From assembly GCA_964631415.1 (NCBI GenBank), contig CAZVZC010000023.1, positions 1 to 32,982 on the forward strand: 32,982 bases of DNA. The letters are read 5' to 3'. The stretch's first letter is position 1; each line of letters begins with the position of its first letter. The position numbers and the translations under genes were made by a program. A model generated the notes under the pieces. The model saw only the letters and a program-made list of their open reading frames with translations, was not told where the DNA came from and made no database searches. This DNA comes from an uncultured archaeon. GTDB lineage: Archaea > Asgardarchaeota > Thorarchaeia > Thorarchaeales > Thorarchaeaceae. Positions 25,952 to 32,982 of this stretch are shown one piece after another.

Positions 25952-27271
25952 CTACGGAGGAAACATCAACACCAAGCGGAATCGCCCAAGCCAGGCGTCT
26001 GCTGCCCCTGTAGTTTCAGTGACGAAGCCGGATACGAAGAACGAACCATCGGGTCCGTCGATGATCCCGAATCCCGAATCATAAGCGTCGGCAGAACCGT
26101 TGATAGTATACAGCTCCATGAGGAGGAAGCTCATGTTGTACACAGCAACCATGATGTTTGCCCCGCCACTTGTCTCAGTGTACACGCCGGTCTGAACGAT
26201 ATATGGTACTCCTTCTATGTTTCTGAGAAACATGGAATAGCCGGTGTCCTCTCCATTCCCTGAACCGTTGATCGTGACATTGTTTAACAGGTTCAAGCCC
26301 GTGTCGAACTTGGCCAACCATATGTTGTAGTCTTCACCGGTTTCAGTCATTGTTCCCGTCGCATAGATGAAGCCTGCATCATCCATGAGAATGTCATACC
26401 CTTTGTCCTCATCATCGCCGGATCCAGCGATTATTGTCTGGTCCAGCAGCTCCAAGTCCGTGTTGAATTTGCCCAACCAGATGTCGTACACAGTTCCCGG
26501 CTGGCTCATTGATCCACTCACAAACAAGTTGCCCATGCCATCCAACAGCAAGAACCGACCCTTGTCTGTCTTGTTGGCCGGTCCGTTGACAATGATGCTT
26601 CGTTGAAGGTTCAGATCTGTGTCATACTTTGCGATGAAAATGTCATAGCCTGTGACTTGAACGGTGACTGTGCCTGCGATGTACACCACACCTGCCACAT
26701 CCAGAAGCAGTCCATATCCTTCATCAGTACTATTGTCTGAGCCGTTCAGGGTTACGTACTTCTCGAGAGTCAGGTTGAGATCATATCGTGCTAGCCACAC
26801 GTCCTCTCCTTGACCAGGTTCTGCGACATAGCCCACAACGAAGAGGTGTCCGTTGCCATCGAGCGCGAGATCAGATCCTCTGTCATCCCCCAAGGGACCG
26901 CCAAAGGTGACGTTCGAGATTGGCACCAGGTCTGAAGTGAGCTTCCAGATCACACCATTCTTTCCTTCACCAGCTTTTGTGATGAAACCGCATGCATACA
27001 GAGTGTCGTGTTCGCTGTCATAAGCCATGCCAAGGGCCCAATCTTCGCCTCCGCCGCCTCCATCGATAGTGGTAGAATTGGACAATGTGATGGCAATCTG
27101 TAGGTTGCCTCCACCGGGCATTCTGGGGAGGGGGAATCTGAAGTAGTAGATCAACCCAGCAAGAACGACTATGACCACACAGACTGCCCCCGCGAGAGGT
27201 CTGGGAAATCTTGTCCCAGTTGCATGCGCAACGTCTGACTTCTTTCCTCTGCCCAAGGTCCCACCACACAC
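25952..27271 (-). CDS. Membrane-anchored extracellular beta-propeller protein (7 repeats)
   Basis: N-terminal TM/signal helix, seven ~54-aa repeats (D.G..I..D..G..Y..G...DIWLAK(F/Y)D), many N-x-S/T sequons; start uncertain. Confidence 0.82.
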   Translation of the reverse strand: MCGGTLGRGKKSDVAHATGTRFPRPLAGAVCVVIVVLAGLIYYFRFPLPRMPGGGNLQIAITLSNSTTIDGGGGGEDWALGMAYDSEHDTLYACGFITKAGEGKNGVIWKLTSDLVPISNVTFGGPLGDDRGSDLALDGNGHLFVVGYVAEPGQGEDVWLARYDLNLTLEKYVTLNGSDNSTDEGYGLLLDVAGVVYIAGTVTVQVTGYDIFIAKYDTDLNLQRSIIVNGPANKTDKGRFLLLDGMGNLFVSGSMSQPGTVYDIWLGKFNTDLELLDQTIIAGSGDDEDKGYDILMDDAGFIYATGTMTETGEDYNIWLAKFDTGLNLLNNVTINGSGNGEDTGYSMFLRNIEGVPYIVQTGVYTETSGGANIMVAVYNMSFLLMELYTINGSADAYDSGFGIIDGPDGSFFVSGFVTETTGAADAWLGRFRLVLMFPP

Positions 27272-27497
27272 AATTGATGGTTGTTGACAACCTATCCCGA
27301 CTCGTCCCGCAAATAAGAAGCCTTCCGTGAGAATGGAAGAACCCGACGCTTGCCATCAGGTTGTACCCAGGTGTGCCCAGATCAACTAGGAAACCTATGA
27401 CAGAAAGCTACATCACCACTCGGACCTCTTCTCAACATGATGACGCGTATTATCCTAATGACCTCAGCGGCAGAACGGCACGGCCGATGCCGTGACC

Positions 27498-27824
27498 ATG
27501 GAGGGCTCTAATCTGACTGTTGTCAAAGGCACGATTCGAGAAATCGGCAGGACCACAACCACCAGAGTGAGCGCGCAGAGGTGGTACGGTTCCACCAAAA
27601 TCGTGGTCCAAGATGAAACGTCGCGCAAGACGTACGACGTCATCATCTCTTCCTATGTAATGGACAAGTGCAGATTCCTGCCGCGCGTAGGGATGCGTGT
27701 GATAATCCATGGATACGTAGAGGAGGCGGAGTCAGGGCTCTCAGATTTTGTTGTGACAAGAGTCACGCATGTCAAACATGAAGGCGAAGGTATCCTTGGC
27801 GTCCATCGGTTTGATGAGGACTGA
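27498..27824 (+). CDS. Small hypothetical protein, probable OB fold
   Basis: VKGTIREI...IVVQDET...PRVGMRVIIHGYVEE pattern. Confidence 0.68.
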   Translation: MEGSNLTVVKGTIREIGRTTTTRVSAQRWYGSTKIVVQDETSRKTYDVIISSYVMDKCRFLPRVGMRVIIHGYVEEAESGLSDFVVTRVTHVKHEGEGILGVHRFDED

Positions 27825-27862
27825 CCTTCCCCATGACGGAAAGGAGAACCATCCCGATTACC

Positions 27863-28162
27863 CTATCCACGCGGCTCGATTATGAACCGAGGTTCTATGA
27901 TCCACTCGGATTTACACTTGGGACACTTGGATGGTTTCTTGGCAGACGAACGACTCGTGAATGTGTAACCACATTTTGCGCAACTAGCAGGCTTGACTAG
28001 CAGTTGCCTGCCCTCAATCCTCACAGAGCGAGCGATGTGCTCTAGGTCCTCATTCACAATAGATCTGCTCTCGAGCTGAAGTCGTTCACAGATTTCCTGA
28101 GCCGTCAACGGTACATCGGTCTGTTTTAACAGGTTCTCAATCTCCTGTCTTCGGGTTGACAT
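27863..28162 (-). CDS. Transcriptional regulator, HTH fused to Zn ribbon (COG3357-like)
   Basis: TRRQEI...LTAQEI...EDLEHIARS, CAKCGY, KPSKCPKCKSEWI; AGGAG upstream. Confidence 0.9.
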   Translation of the reverse strand: MSTRRQEIENLLKQTDVPLTAQEICERLQLESRSIVNEDLEHIARSVRIEGRQLLVKPASCAKCGYTFTSRSSAKKPSKCPKCKSEWIIEPRFIIEPRG

Positions 28163-28210
28163 ACCTGGTGCTCTCCTTGCTGACCTGAAGCAAGTCAGCG
28201 GTCCTTTGGT

Positions 28211-28226
28211 GTTCAATCTTTTGAAC
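28211..28226. promoter_or_regulatory. Palindromic putative operator in divergent intergenic region
   Basis: GTTCAA-TCTT-TTGAAC. Confidence 0.35.
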
Positions 28227-28309
28227 GTGTTGTTTCAAACGTAGAGTCATATCAATCGTATGACATTACCTGGAACGGGGCAATTGCAGTGAAAGAGTAT
28301 TCGACAAAC

Positions 28310-29023
28310 ATGAGGACCACAGTGTTCGCATCCATTGTGGTCGCAGTCGTCCTTGCCACTGGCATTCTAATGACATCCATGCTGATCCCAGGCGGAAACA
28401 CCACAACGACCACTTCAACGACGACCAATACGACAACGCCGGGACAGGGATACGGAGCGCTTGCTGTCCAGTATCTTGAAAGCAGACGCGACGACGTACT
28501 CTTCTACTGGATGTGCAACTCTACCTTTGTCAACGTGAACCTCACCGAATACTACCGCCAAGCGTCGCCGGACGCATTCGTGGATGGAGTATTCCTGAAA
28601 CGAGGGGCTACGAACACCATCAACGTGCTCTTTGCGCCTTTTGACTTGAACATCACTGGCCAAGGCACGATATCGGAAGCAGAATGGGCCTCACTTAGCG
28701 GGTCACTTATCAATGATAGCGTCGGGCCGATGGAAGACGCTCTTTCGCATCCCGAGTACTTTCCGAGCACTTGGCCGATCGACTTCTTTGTTGACATTTA
28801 CTTCGACGATGATACATTCTTCTACCTAGGCTACACAAAGAGCGACGGATTAGCCTTCATCCAGAATGGCACTTGGTCTGGCGGCTACAGTCCGAATGGG
28901 TGGCCCGAAATAACTGGTTTCATTGGCTCTGGCTATTGGCTCATAGAGGGCGGTCACTTGCATGATGCACTGGCTGATATGTACACTACAATAACACAAA
29001 CGGTGTCGTTTCCAAGCCCGTGA
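28310..29023 (+). CDS. Membrane-anchored or secreted protein with Thr-rich linker
   Basis: N-terminal hydrophobic helix, NTTTTTSTTTNTTTP, acidic/aromatic domain with several N-glycosylation sequons. Confidence 0.8.
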   Translation: MRTTVFASIVVAVVLATGILMTSMLIPGGNTTTTTSTTTNTTTPGQGYGALAVQYLESRRDDVLFYWMCNSTFVNVNLTEYYRQASPDAFVDGVFLKRGATNTINVLFAPFDLNITGQGTISEAEWASLSGSLINDSVGPMEDALSHPEYFPSTWPIDFFVDIYFDDDTFFYLGYTKSDGLAFIQNGTWSGGYSPNGWPEITGFIGSGYWLIEGGHLHDALADMYTTITQTVSFPSP

Positions 29024-29081
29024 CAGCCTTCATAAGCACACGACTGGACTGAGCATTGGACCTTGCCTGAGGCGCAAGACG

Positions 29082-29528
29082 GTGAGCGAGGACGAGTACA
29101 AGGAGCGAATCGCGGAGCTCCTCAAGGGCAAGACGATGGGGGTCTACGCGCTACTCGTAACGCATGGCCCTCTCGGAGTGCGAGACGTGCAGCGGGCGCT
29201 ACACTTCTCGAGTCCCAGTCTCGCCCTTCACCACTTAAACAAACTACTCGAAGCAGAGCTCGTGACAAAGGACGCATATGGTGTCTACTCAGTGGCCAAG
29301 CAAGTGAGAGTCGGTTCCCTTTCACTCTTCGTCAAGATAGGAAGGCGACTGATGCCACGCTATATCTTTCTGTTGACTCTATTCTCCACGATGCTGCTCC
29401 TGTATGTCATATTCTTCATGTCATGGCCTCCACAGGGCAAAGACGTCATGTATCTTGCACTAAGCCTGACGGCAATCGCTCTCTTGCTCTATGAGGCAAG
29501 ACGCATGTGGCTCCTCAAGCCCTTCTGA
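29082..29528 (+). CDS. Winged-HTH transcriptional regulator with two C-terminal TM helices
   Basis: LGVRDVQRALHFSSPSLALHHLNKLLEAELV wHTH followed by two hydrophobic helices. Confidence 0.85.
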   Translation: MSEDEYKERIAELLKGKTMGVYALLVTHGPLGVRDVQRALHFSSPSLALHHLNKLLEAELVTKDAYGVYSVAKQVRVGSLSLFVKIGRRLMPRYIFLLTLFSTMLLLYVIFFMSWPPQGKDVMYLALSLTAIALLLYEARRMWLLKPF

Positions 29529-29636
29529 TTCCATCCTCTCCCCAGTTTCAGCAGGATAGGGCACAAACTGACAGGTCCATATACCTAGATGTGCACGAAG
29601 ATATGAGGACAGAAACGCCCATCCCCAGAGGAATCG

Positions 29637-30899
29637 ATGTCTTTGCCACAGACTCACCTAGAGCCCACGAAGAGCGGAGGACAATCCTACGATGAGCGGG
29701 TGTGCTCTAGGTGCATGGGGCACCGAGCACTATGTGGAGTCACGCCATGTCCCCTTCTCATGCGAGCAAAGGCGCTCGTGAACATTGACAAGGCAGTGCC
29801 CGGTCTGAACCTTGAAGGCTCATCGCCCCCTGCCGTATTCGTGGGTTCCTATGGCTATCCAAAGGTCCTTGCCGGTCCGCTTGTGCCGCCATTCAGGGGT
29901 GATGAAACTGCTCTCATGGAGAGACCTGACCTTTGGCTTGACAAGACGCTCGATCAGATCTTGGCGTATCGGTTCAGTCTTGTACGGACAAAGAAGTTCA
30001 TCCCGGTGGACGCTGCGATCGACCCTCCGAAACTGCTCGCAGAAACACAGACTTTGGCGCTCTCAGACACACCCACTCCGTCAGAGGCTTTGCTGATCAA
30101 GAGACCGTCATTCACGAGTGTGCTTACTGGCCGCACTCTGCCTGTGGGGCCATCTGCACCGCTTGAATCTTTCAGACTGGAGGACAACCCCGACGTGCCG
30201 AAGCCTGTTGATAGGATCACGTCTGACACCGATTTGAAGGCCGGACCTGCAGTGCTGGATCTGTTCAACGAGGGGGTACGCCAAGAGCATGTGACAAGAC
30301 TCCTCTCTGTAGGCCTACTTGGTCTCCGCAGATCGCGCAGGCTCGTTCCGACGCAGTGGAGCATAACAGCGGTCGACGACATCGCGGGGAAGAGCCTCCA
30401 CAGACAGGTATTGAGACTCCCATTGTTGAACGACTATCTAGTGTACACGGGTTATGCTCTCGGCAACACCGTCGCACTCCTGTTTCTGCCAACAGCGTGG
30501 CAGTTCGAGGCCCTTGAGTGCTGGCTCGGTGGTCCTAACCCTCCCGTGATGTCAGATCATGAGTGGTTCAAGGGCCGCAAAGAGTATGCTAGTGTCATAG
30601 TAGGAGCATACTATGCTACCAGACTCCCGGCACTCGAGCGGCTGAGGGGCACTGGGCGGCAGGCCGGAGTAATAGTGTTCATGGAGATTGATCCCACCAA
30701 GTGGGTGCCCCTCGGCGTGTGGCGGTTCAGGGAGATCGCCCGTCGTGCATTGTCCGATCGGCCCAAGAAGTTGTCAACGCTTGATGAAGCAGTCACCGAA
30801 GTGGGGTTTCATCTTAGGAACCCAGTGCAACGCTGGCTGGAGGCTAGCAGAATCTACTCTGAACTGTCGTCACAGACCCATCTGACCGAGTTCCTGTAA
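29637..30899 (+). CDS. nreA: Nre family DNA repair protein
   Basis: CSRC...CG...CP N-terminus, GSSPPAVFVG..GYPKV, RRLVPTQWSITAVD, PLGVW; C-terminal PIP box QTHLTEF. Confidence 0.92.
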   Translation: MSLPQTHLEPTKSGGQSYDERVCSRCMGHRALCGVTPCPLLMRAKALVNIDKAVPGLNLEGSSPPAVFVGSYGYPKVLAGPLVPPFRGDETALMERPDLWLDKTLDQILAYRFSLVRTKKFIPVDAAIDPPKLLAETQTLALSDTPTPSEALLIKRPSFTSVLTGRTLPVGPSAPLESFRLEDNPDVPKPVDRITSDTDLKAGPAVLDLFNEGVRQEHVTRLLSVGLLGLRRSRRLVPTQWSITAVDDIAGKSLHRQVLRLPLLNDYLVYTGYALGNTVALLFLPTAWQFEALECWLGGPNPPVMSDHEWFKGRKEYASVIVGAYYATRLPALERLRGTGRQAGVIVFMEIDPTKWVPLGVWRFREIARRALSDRPKKLSTLDEAVTEVGFHLRNPVQRWLEASRIYSELSSQTHLTEFL

Positions 30900-30952
30900 C
30901 TGCGGGCGATTTAAGAAGTGCTGGCCAAAGCTAGACAGCAGAGGAAACCAGA

Positions 30953-32473
30953 TTGTTGTACGAGCGACTATGCAGCGCGAGTTCGAAGCTGCCCCTGTTT
31001 GCTCGACTGGCATCCAAGAGAAAGGACAAGGATCTGTCTCGCGCTGTGAGATTCCTCGCCCCGAGGATGGAACTCACAGAGAAGGGGGTCGTGTCCGCGG
31101 CCTACTTCTTGCCAGTTGCCCTAGGAATCGCTATGGTCTGGTTTCTGTCGTTCATCAAGGTGAGTTTGCTTGTTGCCGTTTCTCTGTCTGCGATAGCAGC
31201 AATCGTCGTCTACTATGTTGTGGTTTCGTATCCGGTTTCGTTGATGAATAGCTACAGGATCGGCCTCTCAGAAGAGGCAGATGTTGTCTTCGAGCAGTTT
31301 GTGCTTGTCTTCCAGTCCGGTGGCACGCTCTTCGATGCAATTGAGATGGTGGCTCAATCCGACCATCCCTATCTGTCAAAGGCATTCCAGCACATACTCC
31401 AGAAGATCAGCGACGGCGTGCCTCCCGAAACAAGCATCGCAGAACTCGCAAGAGATCAACCGTCTGAGGACCTTAGGAGGTATCTCCTAGCAGTCATCTC
31501 ATCTCTTGAACGGAAGACTGATCTACTGGAGCTGTTGTCAGGAGAATCGTTTGAGGCAGACCTCGCGCTTCGTCAGAAGAACCTTGAGCTCGAGAGCAGA
31601 CTTCTCATAGTTTCGGCGCTTACGACGTATATCCCTATGATGTTCGTTCTCGCGGCGTCTCTCGCTGGCTATGTGATAAACCCCCTCATAGTACTTGCAG
31701 CACCCCTGTTCATAGGACTCAGCTTGCTGTTGAGGTCGCGCTTCTCCAGCCAGTTCTCTGCCTACTTCGATAGGCCAAGGGAACCAGGACCCCTAGCGCC
31801 TGACCAGAAGGAGATTATCGCAGAGTATGACGAGTTCTTGGACTTCCTGATGCTACTCGGAGAGAGGCTGCGTACTGGCGACACACTGGAGAGGGCCCTT
31901 CCTGCAGTGCGGGATCAGGTCGGGCCAGAGATCCAGCGAGTGATTGACCCTGCCATCGAATCAGTATACTGGCGCAGTCTCAGTATGAAGGAAGCTATGT
32001 CCATTGCCGCAGGACTAGCACTTGGACAGAGGGTTTCTAGAACGATGAGAATCATCTCTCTCATGTGCGAGGCATCGGCCCTTCAAGCAGGTGAGCGGCT
32101 CACCCGGATTGCCGCGCGACTCATCAAGCGCTCAGCCGTCGCCAAGGAGCGAGACTCCATACTCGCTGCTCAGAGACTGAAGGTGTATCTGCTGAACTTC
32201 ACGAGTTCGGTCGTGCTAGGGCTCCTGACCTCACTGTCGCCATTCCTATTCATTGGAGGTCTACTTAGCGGAGGACCTAGCTGGGGAATGGATGGCCACA
32301 CATTGCTCGAGATGCTCCCTCTAGTCCTAACACTATTGGCAACTACCATGTCTACAGGTTTTCAGAACACGAAGATGGTGGGCGGTGCACACCCTTGGCT
32401 GGTCAGTCTGGTTTGCTGTCTGCTCTACGTAGCAGCCTTTGCATTGTCCTCGGTCATCCTTGGTCTGACGTGA
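30953..32473 (+). CDS. Type II secretion system F / type IV pilus platform membrane protein (two T2SSF-like halves)
   Basis: SGGTLFDAIEMVA...LSKAF...GVPPE and TGDTLERAL cytoplasmic domains alternating with TM clusters; TTTAAG at 30910-30915 upstream. Confidence 0.75.
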   Translation: MLYERLCSASSKLPLFARLASKRKDKDLSRAVRFLAPRMELTEKGVVSAAYFLPVALGIAMVWFLSFIKVSLLVAVSLSAIAAIVVYYVVVSYPVSLMNSYRIGLSEEADVVFEQFVLVFQSGGTLFDAIEMVAQSDHPYLSKAFQHILQKISDGVPPETSIAELARDQPSEDLRRYLLAVISSLERKTDLLELLSGESFEADLALRQKNLELESRLLIVSALTTYIPMMFVLAASLAGYVINPLIVLAAPLFIGLSLLLRSRFSSQFSAYFDRPREPGPLAPDQKEIIAEYDEFLDFLMLLGERLRTGDTLERALPAVRDQVGPEIQRVIDPAIESVYWRSLSMKEAMSIAAGLALGQRVSRTMRIISLMCEASALQAGERLTRIAARLIKRSAVAKERDSILAAQRLKVYLLNFTSSVVLGLLTSLSPFLFIGGLLSGGPSWGMDGHTLLEMLPLVLTLLATTMSTGFQNTKMVGGAHPWLVSLVCCLLYVAAFALSSVILGLT

Positions 32474-32562
32474 TAGATGGCCTCAATGGGGCGTCGGCTT
32501 CTCTGAGAATACTTTTTTAGCCATGATGCGAATCCTCCAGTCACTTAACTGAGGTGAAAACT

Positions 32563-32982
32563 ATGCAGTTTGGCATCTTCGATCTCAGCCTCGGCGAAAT
32601 CATGGCGTTCTTTCAAAACGATTGGGTCCTTGGCTGGGTTCTTATAATATCAGGCCTCTTTGCCGCGGCTTGGCTCTTGGAGCGGGTCGTTGATGTAATT
32701 CCCATAGTTGGCGATTTTCTCAGGGTGCTTGTCCACATGGGCAGCTTTCTTGGATTCCTTGTGGGATTCGTCGACATGCTGGTGGGCTATGTGGTCTGGA
32801 CAGTCCAACCTCAAGCGACGATAGTCGCGGGAGTCCTGATTGTCACGGGCTTTGCGCTCGTGATGAGGATTCTCTCGAAGTTCCCACTTGCGTTTGTCTT
32901 CGCGGCAGCAGTGGCCGGCTTCGGCACTTTCACTCTATATGGCTACCTCAAGCCGTACGCCGGTACATTGGTTGACGTCTAT
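32563..32982 (+). CDS. Polytopic membrane protein, 3'-truncated by the window edge
   Basis: GAGGTGA SD then ATG; open hydrophobic frame MQFGIFDLSLGEIMAFF... to the end of the window; absent from the ORF track. Confidence 0.78.
   Translation, partial: MQFGIFDLSLGEIMAFFQNDWVLGWVLIISGLFAAAWLLERVVDVIPIVGDFLRVLVHMGSFLGFLVGFVDMLVGYVVWTVQPQATIVAGVLIVTGFALVMRILSKFPLAFVFAAAVAGFGTFTLYGYLKPYAGTLVDVY

Noticed and set aside
28398-28440. ACN triplet repeat
   Set aside because: Encodes the Thr-rich linker and is not a DNA-level repeat element
1-32982. Selenocysteine or pyrrolysine readthrough, CRISPR arrays, tRNAs, transposases
   Set aside because: Recognisable proteins look complete at their stops; no repeat-spacer array, cloverleaf or transposase/integrase motif seen by eye

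Overview
Gene-dense archaeal chromosomal segment with about 35 CDS. I found no rRNA, tRNA, CRISPR array or mobile element. Archaeal markers include GAN/RecJ-like DHH nuclease, archaea-specific Ski2-like helicase, EndoQ/TIGR00375, NreA with a PIP box, DUF131 and an HTH-Zn-ribbon regulator. Together with a Rab-like small GTPase these suggest an Asgard archaeon, possibly Thorarchaeia (inference). The window is rich in nucleic-acid processing genes, small Zn-finger proteins and uncharacterised membrane proteins. The best leads are: a HerA/VirB4-like ATPase with a charged single-helix stalk next to a 6-TM protein; a full-length PRMT-fold methyltransferase; twin palindromic sites flanking the GAN/RecJ TATA box; a cluster of unknown genes leading into the Ski2-like helicase and a divergent Zn-finger pair; a membrane-tethered wHTH regulator beside a surface protein; and an orphan double-T2SSF platform protein. 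All family calls come from motif recognition by eye, without database searches.
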